Source: Mizuhopecten yessoensis (lineage: Eukaryota). Taken from it: 64,000 nucleotides of DNA. Shown one piece after another: positions 24,844 to 41,540 of this stretch. The notes below the pieces were generated by a model. It saw only the letters and a program-made list of their open reading frames with translations. It searched no databases and was not told the DNA's origin. Positions within the stretch are counted from its first letter, which is position 1. Each line of letters begins with the position of its first letter. The translations under genes were made by a program, and so were the position numbers. The DNA is taken from the NCBI RefSeq assembly GCF_002113885.1, contig NW_018403786.1, forward strand, positions 1,329,729-1,393,728, in the 5' to 3' direction.

Positions 24844-27800
24844 ATGTTTGTCCTGCGCACCTTCCATCGTCAGTGCTCACAGTTTGCACGGAGATGGTGT
24901 CACACAACCACTACTGGGATAGTGTCCCCCAATGCCCGAACCCCTGGGGAAGTCGAGGCCCACCCCCAGTCAGTTAAGGCTACAGTGGACAAGTGGACAC
25001 ACTGGCTAGAAGGTGGGAATGTGCCAGAAGCAAAGGAATCTGTCCAGCTTATCATAGCAAGTGTGCTGGGGCACAAAATGGTGGGTACATTTGATTAATC
25101 GATGATTGTCTCCCCTTTCTGTAGTACCTCATTATTGTAAAGTGAGTTATGTTATACAGTATGTGTCCTCAGACGGTGTGGGAAAATGAAGCATTCCATG
25201 GCCACCACATAGGAATACTGAGTTTCTCCCATATAAAAGGTGCCCATCCCCCTCTGTCGTGTTCTTAGTCTCTTCCTACATATTTGGTGCTCCCGCCTCT
25301 GTAGTATATACTGAATATAATCAATGACTCCCCCATAGTATGAGCAATACCCTTTAACAGGTGACACCATGTGGTGTATTGAGGCACTCCCTATGTCTAA
25401 GTCTGTGACTCGGCTCCCTGAATCAGATTTATTTTAGTCCCTTTAATCATCATTTCAGTCAATTGTTTTGTTTGTTGAATGAGTCACTTCTCATAATAAA
25501 CTATACTCTGCATAGTGAGTAACTCCCTATGTTGTAAGTGAGCTACACCCTTTGCTTTGAGACGGAACTAGACTGGGTTAATCATTGATGATCAGGTAGC
25601 TCAATTGGTAAAGCGTCGATCTAGAGTTCGGGAGGTCCCAGGTTCAAATCCCAGTTTGGCCATGCATTTATTTTCCTCCTGGGTAAATGCTTGGCAAGGG
25701 GATACCTGATCCTTGTTGGTAAATAGTGTTGTCTTTGGGGGCCAAGACTTAGAAAAAGGAGGGAGGAATGTAGCGGAATTGGATCGGGTTGATCGTTGTT
25801 GACCATGCAGCTCAATTGGTAAAGCTTCCATCTAGAGTTCGGGAGGTCCCAGGTTTGAATCCCCCTCTGGCTGTGCATTTCTCTTTCTCCTGTTATAGCT
25901 TTATAATGAGTTATTCCTCTTACTATATTTTGAGTCGATCCGGGGATCCCCTAACTGTTGAATAAGTTATAATTACTTCTTTTGCTGTATCATGAGTTAT
26001 AGCTAATAACTCCCTTTGCTTTATTAAGAGTTACTCCCCTTGTTGATTAATGTCTTGCACTTGCCATGTTACATATTGTGAAACACACTACTTGTTCTCT
26101 TTTATTTCCAGATTCATGATGTGTCAGAAGAACTTATGCTTAATGAAAATCAGACAGCCAGGATTGCTGAAATGTGTAGAAAACGTTATAAAAGGTAACT
26201 TGTATATACCAAGTACATGTGTGACAAGCAGTTAACAATGAACACTTTTACCTTCCGGGATATTGTCTTTGTTCATTTGAATGTTGTAACATTTTTCATG
26301 ATATAAAGCTGTGTTCAAATTTCATTTTAGGTTCTTATCGTGTGGTCAACCTGTATGCATCCTCGATACCGAGGGATTATGCTCACTTTTGCTCTCTGCA
26401 CCCCTGGAATATGTCATAGCAAAATTGAAGGCTCAGTGTGCGCCACCTTGTTGATGAGATGAGAATGCTAGTTTGATCCTTTGATGTGGACATCAAAATA
26501 ATTTAGCGGTCGCATGATGGTAAAACTTACTGGCTTTGAAGTCGGACGTCGCTCCTCTGTAATCTTCAAAGGACAGGTATCAGCTTAGTGATTTTTTTTT
26601 ACCTGAGAACAATCAAATAGCTAGCTTGATGCCTTCAATTTTGCCATGACATATTCCAGGGGTGCAGAGAGCGAAAGTAAGCATAATCCCTGGATATTGA
26701 GGATGACCTGTATGATATTAAGGGGTAACATAGCACAGTAAGTGGTGCGCTACTTAACACTGACTGATAAAGTCTACGCAGCTGTAAAAATGAGTATCAG
26801 TATGCCAAAAGATATGTGAAAGATTGGTGTCTTCCTGTAGTATCAAAATGATAAGTTGATAACAGTCATTGGATTAATGGCACAGACATTAAGTTAGCCA
26901 TGACCACTAGATTTGAAAAGACACCTACATATATTCTTTGATGCCATGTTTACTAAAACAAATGGTAATAATGTATTGTATTCATACTTCATGTCATTCG
27001 TCCCTTTCCACTGCATACCTTATCTAACTATTCGACTTCAGAATGCCAGTTCAATACATCATTGAGGAATGGGACTTCCATGACCTCACCCTCAAGATGA
27101 GGCCCCCTGTGTTTATTCCTAGACCAGAGACTGAGGTAAGGTAATCATCTTCAGACTCTAGCAGTGGTTACCAAATCGATAATGTTTACAAGATTATGAA
27201 AAATACCCTCTCTTTATAAAAAATAACACCTACAAGAATATTAAATAGCACAAAATTTATGGATAAAAATTGTAGCTAAATATGCATGTGATGATGAACG
27301 GTTTCATTAATTTGAGGTATTTATGTTGTTATTTTTTCTGACAGGAACTTGCCCAGCTTGCTTATAATGACATTAAGAAAAAACAGGATTCTTCCAAACC
27401 TATAAGGATTCTTGAATTGGGCAGTGGCAGTGGGGCAATTTCTGTTTATCTTCTTAATAAATTACCACAGGTAAATTAAAGTTTGTTCATGTATCTATTG
27501 TCAGCTACCACAGGTAAAACTTTATCTATGTATCTATTGTCAGCTACCACAGGTAAAACTTTATTTATGTATCTATTGTCAGCTACCACAGGTAAAATTT
27601 TATCTATGTATCTGTTATCAGCTACCACAGGTAAAACTTTATCTATGTATCCATTGTCAGCTACCACAGGTAAAACTTTATCTATATATCTATTGTCAGC
27701 TACCACAGGTAAAACTTTATTTATGTATCTATTGTCAGCTACCACAGGTAAAAATTTATCTATGTATCTATTGTCAGCTACCACAGGTAAAAATTTATCT

Positions 27801-30800
27801 ATGTATCTATTGTCAGCTACCACAGGTAAACTTTAAACCTATCGTCAGCTACCACAGGTAAAACTTTATCTATGTATCTATTGTCAGCTACCACAGGTAA
27901 ACTTTAAACTGTTGTCAGTAAAGCCAGTAAAGTTTAAATCTGTTGTCAGTAACACAGGTAAAATTTAAATCTGTTGTCAAGTTACACAGGTAAAGATAAA
28001 ATCTGTTGTCGGTAAAACCCGTAAAGTTTAAATCTGTTGTCAAGTAATTAACACAGGTAAAGTTTAAATCTGTTGTCAAGTAGCAAAGGTAAAGTTTAAA
28101 TCTTTTGTAAAGTAGCACAGGTAAAATTTAAATCTTTTGTAAATTAACACAGGTTTAGTTTAAATCTGGTGTCAACTATTTTACTGTGTGTTGAAGTCAG
28201 AGGTGGTAGCTGTAGACAGGAGTGGGGAGGCTTGTGCCCTGACTGGAGAGAATGCTGAGTGTACAGGTGTTCAGAAAAGACTGACCACTTTGCTGATGGA
28301 TTACTCTCGACCTGGTTAGTTATCAGAAGCATTTTGATGCTAGTGGCATGCTTATCGTGAACAAGTTGCTATAAAAGTGATCACTTTGCTCCCAATTCAT
28401 GAACAGCCTCTGTTGAGCAATCAGTTTCACTGACCGCCTTATCCTCCTATCATTTCATCTTTGAGTATTATACTTTATGATATTGGTAGTTGAGCTTGGA
28501 GCAACTTCTTAACAACATTTTCAAATCACTGGATAGAAGCTGTATATTATATTATTATGTTATTAATAATATATGTCAGATGTGCTTCGATAATTGCACT
28601 ATTTGAATTCATGATTGACCTTCCTGGTAAATTAGTGCAAAAAATGTGTCTGTCATAAAAAACAATGATGATCAATATATTTGTACTGCGCACTGTTTGT
28701 AGATATTAAATATATTCAGTATACTTCCATGTTAAGGGTTAATATATACTGAATGGAAAACAAAAAATATTGTATGCTGCACTGACAATCCTCAATCCTC
28801 AGGCTCTGTTAGTAGAGTAGCTGTCCACAGTTCTGAGGGTTTTGGTTATAATACCAGTCTATACTGTTGAATTTGTTCCTTCCTTTTATATATTCTGCTG
28901 CTGTGCATGACTTTATGCTGTATTGTTGTAGAATCATTGCCAACATTGAGGTCACACGGACTGTATGACCTTGTTATTGCCAATCCTCCCTACATACCGA
29001 CTGATGAGATAGAAACCATGGAAACAGAGTTGACAAGGTAAGTTGTTACTGGAAATTATTCTAATCACCTCAGTGTCTCATTTTCATAAAACTTAGTGAA
29101 TACCCTCTATATCAAAAACATGTATCTTTAATTATATCTTCATTTTAGAGTTGGATTTTTTTGCACAAAATCAGATGTTCTACTTTAAGTATCTTTCAAT
29201 TTCAGTGATTGTACAATTCGGTCTGAATTAAGCAATTGTATGAACACTCTGTTATCCAAAGGTCAGGGTTGTAGCAAGGGGTCAAAGTTCAAGTCATTGT
29301 AGTCTGTGTATAGGCAATAACCTCCAAATGCAATGACTGAACTGTATTGATTAATTGTTTATATAAATAATATTTTTTATAGCCAATTGACAATTGAAGT
29401 CATTGTTTTGTTGAGTAATTATATGACCAATCAACACTTAAAGTCATTCAGGGCCAAATAAAACTTTAATATTAGCTCATAGATATATGTATCATCACTA
29501 GAGGGTCTGCTGAGGTAGGGGGCATGCACAGTATTGTATTGTAGTGATTCAGAGATTTCTGATTTGACTTTGTGTGTCATGAAAATAAAGTCACAATTTG
29601 AAATCCCTATGAAAAGTTACATTGAAGACTTTGAAGTACTACATCGTCCTGAATGTAAAACACAAGTTCTGGAATTCATAATTATAGCGCTAATACATTA
29701 ATATTCTGTCCTCCAAATGAAGAATAGCAGTCGGTTGTCGTCAGTTTATAATATACTGTACAATGTGTGAGTAAATAAGTAAGATAATAGTCACTAGTAA
29801 TGAAGCAATCCTTCGAAGTAACAATACTTCAAATGGATCAATAACGTTGTGTATAATTTCTAGATATGAGGACCCACATGCCTTTCATGGAGGCAAGGAC
29901 GGTCTGGATTATGTGAGAATCATACTGTCAATGTCAACACAACTACTGAAACCTAACAGGTAAGTCTAGTTTATCATAAACATGACAGGTACGTCTAGTA
30001 TATCATAAACATAACAGGTGTGTCTGGTATGTAGTAAACATGACAGGGAAGTCTGGTATATCATAAACATTACCATTATGTCTGAAACATGACAGGTATG
30101 TCATAAACATGACAGGTATGTCTGGTATGTCATAAACATGACGGGGAAGTCTGGTATGTCATAAACATGACAGTTAAGTCTGGAATTTCATAAACATGAC
30201 AGGTATGTCTGGTATGTCATAAACATGACGGGGAAGTCTGGTATGTCATAAACATGACAGTTAAGGCTGGTATTTCATAAACATGACAGGTATGTCTGGT
30301 ATGTCATAAACATGACAGGGAAGTCTGGGATACCATAAACATAACAGGTAAGTCTGGTATGTCATAAACATGACGGGGAAGTCTGGTATGTCATAAACAT
30401 GACAGTTAAGTCTGGTATGTCATAAACATGACAGGTATGTCATAAACATGACAGGTATGTCTGGGATACCATAAACATGACAGGTATGTCTGGTATACCA
30501 TAAACATGACAGGGATGTCATAAACATGACAGGTATGTCAGGTATACCATAAACATGCCAGGTAAGTCTGGTATGTCATGAACATAACGGGTAGGTCTGG
30601 TATATCATAAACATGACAGGTAAGTCTGGTATACCATAAACATGACAGGGATGTCATAAACATGACAGGTATGTCAGGTATACCATAAACATGACAGGTA
30701 AGTCTGGCATGTCATAAACATAACGTGTAAGTCTGGTATGTCATAAACATGACAGTTAAGGCTGGTATTTCATAAACATGACAGGTATGTCTGGTATGTC

Positions 30801-33337
30801 ATAAACATGACATGTAATTAGTCTGGTATGTCATAAACATGACAGGTGTGTCTGGTATGTCATAAACATGACAGGTATGTCTGGAATGTCATAAACATGA
30901 CAGGTATGTCTGGTATGTCATAAACATGACGGGGAAGTCTGGTATGTCATAAACATGACAGGTAAAGTCTGGTATGTCATAAACATGACAAGTAAAGTCT
31001 GGTTTGTCATAAACATGACAAGTGAAGTCTGGTTTGTCATAAACATGATGGGTAAGTCTAGTATCAACAAGATAAGTTCTATAAGACTGTCCATCACCTG
31101 TATTCATGTACGGAATCTCTTGAATCTGCACACCACATGACAGGTAAGTCTGGTATGTCATAAACATAACGGGTAAGTCTGGTATGTCATGAACATAACG
31201 GGTAGGTCTGGTATATCATAAACATGACAGGTATGTCTGGTATACCATAAACATGACAGGTATGTCATAAACATGACAGGTATGTCAGGTATACCATAAA
31301 CATGACAGGGAAGTCTGGTGTGTCATAAACATAACGTGTAAGTCTGGTATGTCATAAACATGACAGTTAAGTCTGGTATTTCATAAACATGACAGGTATG
31401 TCTGGTATGTCATAAACATGACAGGTAAGTCTGGTATGTCATAAACATGACAGGTAAGTCTGGTATACCATAAACATGACAGGTATGTCTGGTATACCAT
31501 AAACATAACCGGTACGTCTGGTATGTCATAAACATAACCGGTAAGTCTGGTATGTCATAAACATGACAGGTATGTCTGGTATGTCATAAACATGACGGGT
31601 AAGTCTGGTATGTCATAAACATGACAGGTAAAGTCTGGTATGTCATAAACATGACAAGTAAAGTCTGGTTTGTCATAAACATGACAAGTGAAGTCTGGTT
31701 TGTCATAAACATGATGGGTAAGTCTAGTATCAACAAGATAAGTTCTATAAGACTGTCCATCACCTGTATTCATGTACGGAATCTCTTGAATCTGCACACC
31801 AGAGTTATATTCATTTGCAATTTACCAGATTGTTTATACATATAGGGTTCTTAAGGTTGTTTCGATTTAAAACGTCATAATACATTTATTCAACTTTAGT
31901 TATCCCCGATTCATTTGAAAACATTTAATGAGAAGACCCTTTATGGTAATTTGGTATGTCCATCTTTATGGTTATTTGGTATGTCCGTCTTTATGGTAAT
32001 TTGGTATGTCCGTCTTTATGGTATTTTGGTATGTCAGTCTTTATGGTATTTTGGTATGTCCGTCTTTATGGTAATTTGGTATGTCCGTTTTTATGGTAAT
32101 TTGGTATGTCCGTCTTGATGGTAATTTGGTTGTCCGTCTTTATGGTAATTTGGTATGTCCGTCTTTATGGTAATTTGGTATGTCCGTCTTTATGTTAATT
32201 TGGTATGTCAGTCTTTATGCTAATTTGAAATGTCCGTCTCTATGGTAATTTGGTATGTCCTTCTTGATGGTACTTTGGTTTTCCGTCTTTATGGTAATTT
32301 GGTCTGTCAGTCTTTATGGTAATTTGATATGTCCGTCTCTATGGTAATTTGGTATGTCCGTATTTATGGTAATTTGGTATCTCTGTATTTATGGTAATTT
32401 GGTATGTCAGTCTTTATGCTAATTTGAAATGTCCGTCTCTATGGTAATTTGGTATGTCCGTCTTTATGGTAATTTGGTATGTCAGTCTTTATGGTAATTT
32501 GATATGTCCGTCTCCATGGTAATTTGGTATGTCCGTCTTTGTGGTAATTTGGTATGTCAGTCTTTATTGTAATTTGGTATGTCAGTCTTTATGCTAATTT
32601 GAAATGTCCGTCTCTATGGAAATTTGGTATGTCCGTCTTTATGGTAATTTGGTATGTCTGTATTTATGGTAATTTGGAATGTCAGTCTTTATGGTAATTT
32701 GGTATGTATGTATTTATGGTAATTTGGTATGTCTGTATTTATGATAATTTGGTATGTCTGTATTTATGGTAATTTGGTATGTCAGTCTTTATGGTTATTT
32801 GGTATGTCTGTCTTTATGGTAATTTGGTATGTCAGTCTTTATGGTAATTTGGTATGTCCGTCTTTATGGTAATTTGGTATGTCTGTCTTTATGGTAATTT
32901 GGTATGGGAGTCTTTATGGTAATTTGGTATGTCAGTCTTTATGGTAATTTGGTATGTCAGTCTGGTTTATTGTTACAGTGCCCTATGGTTTGAGGTAGGA
33001 CTAGGACACTGTGATGCCATCAGGTCAGAGGTCACCAAAGAGCCGATACATGGACTTCGCTTCTGTTCAGCAGTCAAAGACTTTACAAATAGGTATGTAT
33101 TAATTTGTAAGTACACCTCGGTAAAATCACAAGATGACTACTATATGGATTTTGATTGACAAAAACAATATTTTATGCTCGCACACATGAAGTGCCAGTG
33201 TAGCACAATTGGCAACAAAAATTTCTTGCTAAAATTCTTATCTATTAGTGGTTGATAGTATGCAAGTCTTCATATATTGTGTCACTCAAACCATTTTTCT
33301 CTTTTTCAGAGATCGATTTTGTGTGCTGAGAACATGA
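24844..33337 (+). CDS. HEMK1: HemK methyltransferase family member 1 (mitochondrial release-factor glutamine methyltransferase), 333 aa. Exons 24844-25080, 26112-26194, 27042-27135, 27345-27470, 28197-28314, 28932-29037, 29864-29959, 32979-33092, 33310-33337
   Basis: Arg-rich mitochondrial-type N-terminus. Motifs [25 protein letters not shown]-binding [11 protein letters not shown], catalytic [18 protein letters not shown] and KDFTNRDRF. All splice phases are consistent and the CDS is 1002 nt. Confidence 0.95.
25558..25897 (+). mobile_element. Miniature LTR element with tRNA-like LTRs (Helenus/TRIM-like), two LTRs
   Basis: LTR1 ~25558-25686 and LTR2 25769-25897 each carry agctcaattggtaaagc...ggaggtcccaggtt(c/t)(a/g)aatccc. 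Polypurine tract agaaaaaggagggaggaa (25751-25768) abuts the TG of LTR2. Internal region ~80 bp. Confidence 0.75.
26358..26705. mobile_element. MITE with ~75-bp TIRs and 9-bp TSD (Mutator-like)
   Basis: TIRs catcctcgatac...ctgcacccctggaatatgtcatagcaaaattgaaggc and its reverse complement. TSD acctgtatg at 26349-26357 and 26706-26714. Confidence 0.9.
27464..28175. repeat. Donor-derived minisatellites filling HEMK1 intron 4 (39-bp array, then a ~29-bp variant array)
   Basis: Unit accacaggtaaaactttatctatgtatctattgtcagct. The first copy is the real exon 4 junction ttaccacag|gtaaa. Confidence 0.95.
29955..31730. repeat. 28-bp minisatellite starting at the HEMK1 exon 7 donor
   Basis: Unit catgacaggtaagtctggtatgtcataaa. 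The first copy overlaps aacag|gtaagt at 29959. Confidence 0.95.
31938..32965. repeat. 25-bp minisatellite ending at the HEMK1 exon 8 acceptor
   Basis: Unit ggtaatttggtatgtc(c/a)gtctttat, ~40 copies, ending about 15 nt before the AG at 32977-32978. Confidence 0.95.
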
Positions 33338-33379
33338 ATTCCACAATGACTTGACACAACATTGAATAAGGGACCATCC

Positions 33380-35000
33380 ACTGTGGTGTCCATCATTACA
33401 CATGTACCAACCATATCATTGAGGTGGCCATCATTATCGAGTAACAACCATTGAGATGGCCATCATTATACGTATAACGTATTAACGTATTATACGTATA
33501 ACCATTGAAGTGTCCACTATTACATGGGTAACAACCATTGAGATAGCCATCATTATACGTGTACCAACCATTGAGGTGTCCACCATTACATGTGTACCAA
33601 CCATTGAAGTGTTCTGACTATTACCTGTGTACCAACCATTGAAGTTTCCACCATTATGGGTGTACCAACCATTGAGGTGTACCAACCATTGAGCTGTCCA
33701 CCATTACACGTGTACCAAACATCGAGGTGTCCAACGTTACAGATGTACCAACCATCTAGGTGTCCACCATTACACGTGTACCAACCATTGAGGTGTCCAC
33801 CATTACACATATACCAACCATCGAGGTGTCCACCATTACACGTGTACCAACCATTGAGGTGTCCACCATTACAGATGTACCAACCATCTAGGTGTCCACC
33901 GTTACAGATATACCAACCATTGAGGTGTCCACCATTACATGTGTACCAACCATTGAGGTGTCCACCGTTACAGATGTACCAACCATCTAGGTGTCCACCG
34001 TTACAGATGTACCAACCATTGAGGTGTCCACCGTTACAGATGTACCAACCATCTAGGTGTCCACCATTACATGTGTACCAACCATTGAAGTGTTCCGACT
34101 ATTACATGTGTACCAACCATTGAAGTTTCCACCATTATGGGTGTACCAACCATTGAGGTGTCCACCTTTACAGATGTAGCAACCATTGAGGTGTCCGTTA
34201 CAGATGTACCAACAATCTAGGTGTCCACCGTTACAGATATACCAACCATTGAGGTGTCCACCTTTACAGATGTCCCAACCATTGAGGTGTCCACCGTTAC
34301 AGATGGACCAACCATTGAGGTGTCCACCTTTACAGATGTCCCAACCATTGAGGTGTCCGTTACAAATGTACCAACCATCTAGGTGTCCACCATTACATGT
34401 GTACCAACCATTGATGTGTCCACCGTTACAGATGTACCAGCCATCTAGGTGTCCACCGTTACAGATGTACCAACCATTGAGGTGTCCACCTTTACAGATG
34501 TACCAACCATTGAGGTGTCCGTTACAGATGTACCAACCATCTAGGTGTCCACCGTTACAGATGTACCAACCATTGAGGTGTACCAACCATTGAGCTGTCC
34601 ACCATTACACGTGTACCAACCATTGAGGTGTCCACCGTTACAGATGTACCATCTAGGTGGCCACCGTTACAGATGTACCACCCATCTAGGTGTCCTCCGT
34701 TTCAGATGTACCAACCATTGAGGTGTCCCAACAATTGAGGTGTCCACCGTTACAGATGTACCAACCATTGAGGTGTCCCAACAATTGAGGTGTCCACCAT
34801 TACACATATACCAACCATTGAGCTGTCCACCATTACACGTGTACCAACCATTGAGGTGTCCACCATTACAGATGTACCAACCATTGAGGTGTCCACCGTT
34901 ACATGTGTACCAAACATCGAGGTGTCCACCATTACAGATGTACCAACCATCTAGGTGTCCACATGCATGTGTACTAACTATGGAGGTGTTGACTGTTACA
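33380..35000. repeat. 33-bp minisatellite just downstream of the HEMK1 stop codon
   Basis: Unit ccaaccattgaggtgtccaccattacagatgta, diverging toward both edges. Confidence 0.95.
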
Positions 35001-36084
35001 AGTATACTATTATTATGGAGCAGCCATATCAGTGTTCACTTTTTAATACAAGTGTGTCAATTAAGTGCCCAACATTACATTTGTACCAACCACCATTAGT
35101 GTGTTTTAAGTTCAGTGATTTCCATGCCAAATCTTTTATTGAATTTATTAAACCTCTAGAACACAAAAGTTTATGGTCCTTCTCATATTTCACCTACTTC
35201 ATAACTGAATGACATAATAAAACAGCGATACCCCTATTGTCATTTGATCATTTCCACAGAACATGTGATTTTACAGGAACATCTAATGTCTTCTGATCAA
35301 AATATTTAATTATATTGTAATGTTTTGATATAACAACAAATTTTTACTTTAAAGTGATTTATGTACAGTGTACTATGCTTTGAATGGTATTCAACATTTG
35401 TTTTAAATGAACTGTCTTTTTTTTATTTAAACAAATTCAGTGATGGGTACCCGTTCTAAATTTTACCCGAGAAGCCCTTTACTTTGTCTGCCATCAATCA
35501 GTTAATGTTCTCCTCAAACATAACACAACAGACCTTTATCAGGTTTAATTTCCAACCATTGAAGCAACCAAATGAAATTTTACATAATGATGTACTACTA
35601 GTACTTTCTTAACATTGCTGATGATGGAGACTCAAGACAAAACAATCCATTCTTTAATATATCAATATTTTATTTCTCCTGTACAAAACAAAAGAAACTG
35701 AAGAGTGAAATTTTTCCATAAGATGATAAGAAATGTGAACCTGAGTGCAAAGTTCTGGTTTTTCTACAAGACTCAACAACACTGGCCTAATGTGATACTG
35801 TATTACTGTACCATAATCCTGCCAGGTGAACTCCTGTAGAGTCATCAGTAAATTACCCGATGTCTTTCTAGTCACTTTTACATACAAATCATCGAGAATC
35901 TCAAGTTGACACAAGCTGTGGCTATGGTTTACTGTTTATTGAGCACAAGTGTTTTTCTGTAGAAATAATTGATTTAACTTCTAACCCAACCTAAAGCTGA
36001 AAATCTCGCATAGAAACTGTTGATGGAGTACAAGTTTTGGTTTTCTGTCCCTTCCTATAAGCTTTAACTCTAATAAAGAATTAA

Positions 36085-36162
36085 TTAACTCTTTCACTCC
36101 TAGAAAACTTGATTAGACTCATCTGGACGAGTCCATTATGGTCTACAGTGGTGAAAGGGTTA
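36085..36162. mobile_element. Tiny TTAA-flanked inverted-repeat element (related copy at ~61301-61372)
   Basis: ttaactctttcact...ggtgaaagggtta with internal gtccattatg. The 61.3-kb copy reads ttaacctgttcacccctgaa...cataatggac...ttcaggggtgaa. Confidence 0.5.
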
Positions 36163-36319
36163 GATTAATGGGGCACAACTAGCACTGACAGTTGAAAATA
36201 AGACTCGCTCTTTGAAATCCCAGGTGACTGCAATCGGAACTCTCTAACACAGCACTCAGCAATGTATCTATGAACAAATGATAGCGAGCACTGTACGATG
36301 ATATAGGACGGGGCAGTGA

Positions 36320-40203
<3,884 letters not shown>

Positions 40204-40379
40204 CTAGTACAGTATTTTACTGATCTAGCACAATCTGCAATTTTCCACATTATCAAATTGAACTTATTTATAAACAGGATATGATATACATGTATCAGTC
40301 ACACTACACGTAGGATGTTGCTTACTTTATTGAATCTTTTTAACAATTTTGTCTTAATAGACATTAAGTTAAAGTAGGA

Positions 40380-41421
40380 ACCAGAAATATGAGAAAAATC
40401 ATAAACCAGAATTCCAGACGGACTTTGAGGAAGTTTGGGTTGAGATAATTTTGAACAAACGAAAATTATATTTGTGTTGTATGTATCCTCCCCCAGAATG
40501 TGATGTTACATATATAAATGAATTCCACAAATATATCGAAAAAGTGATCGATGCTATGGACGGACACAGTAATGTACTGATTTTCATCGATTTCAATCTA
40601 CCCGATATTATGTGGACAAAGTCATCAACAGAACCTGATTTAGAGCCCCAGTATACCAAAGAAAACATCCATTCATAGTTCCTAGATTTTAAGTACACAA
40701 TGGGTGAAACATTGACGAGTGAAAGTTGTATGAAAGACCTTGGCATATGAATGTCATATACCTTTAACTTTAATCTTCACGTTAAAAAGTTGTATGCAAT
40801 GCAAACAATTGTACATGCATAAATTTTCCTGATACATCTGTCATCTGTTCTTTATATGTTAGTATGGTCAGAAGCAAACAAGAATATACCTGTGAAATAT
40901 GGGGTCCCTATCAAACTTCTCTGGCGCATTAATTAGAAGCCGTTCAGAGAAAAATTCTTAAATGTTTATGCTTTAAAGCAAAGATTGACTATGATGTTTT
41001 ATTTCAATTGTATTTAGATTATTTGTTCCTGTTTAAGTTTGTAAACAGTATGTTCGACTGTCCACATCTAATTGAACAAATCAATTTAATGGTTCCAAAC
41101 AGGTCTCTTGCGTCCAGCTGTTTTTATCCCACCATGAGTTGTATTGATGTAAGGAAAAACAAGGTTTTAATTAGGTGTCAGAACAATTTTAGCTACTTCA
41201 ATATTCAGTCAGACAGTCTTTTTTAGTTGATCACTAAAAACATTTAAAACAGAAATGAAACAAAAGTTTTTATTTTTTGATTCATTACACATTATGTATC
41301 ATGTATGTATATTGTTTGATAATTTTACATTTGGTCTGTCATATTGTAATATGTAATTTATTGTGAACTGTTATTTGCTATCAGGACCTTAGGCCTGTTT
41401 GGATTGAAATAAATAAATAAA
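40380..41421 (+). mobile_element. Heavily decayed CR1-like LINE remnant in PSMA5 intron 1
   Basis: Endonuclease-like YLCCMYPPP and IDFNLPDIMW, RT C-terminal remnants (KDLGI, LEAVQRKFLK), and a (taaa)n tail at ~41407-41421. Confidence 0.7.
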
Positions 41422-41540
41422 ATTGACTAGTGTCAACAAATATCCTTAATGATGGACACTCCCTAGTTAAAAGGAATAACCCTGACAATCTGGAATGAAA
41501 ACACATAAACTACATTAAAATACATACATGTACTAGTATA

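Noticed and set aside
25596-25870. Two tandem tRNA genes
   Set aside because: Cloverleafs are incomplete. Better explained as the two LTRs of a miniature retroelement.
27476-27836. Repeat proteins VADNRYIDK / [10 protein letters not shown]
   Set aside because: Translation of the 39-bp intronic minisatellite.
33482-35099. Cys/Pro repeat ORFs (RCPPLQMYQP, GGHLNGWYIC)
   Set aside because: Translation of the 33-bp array after the HEMK1 stop.
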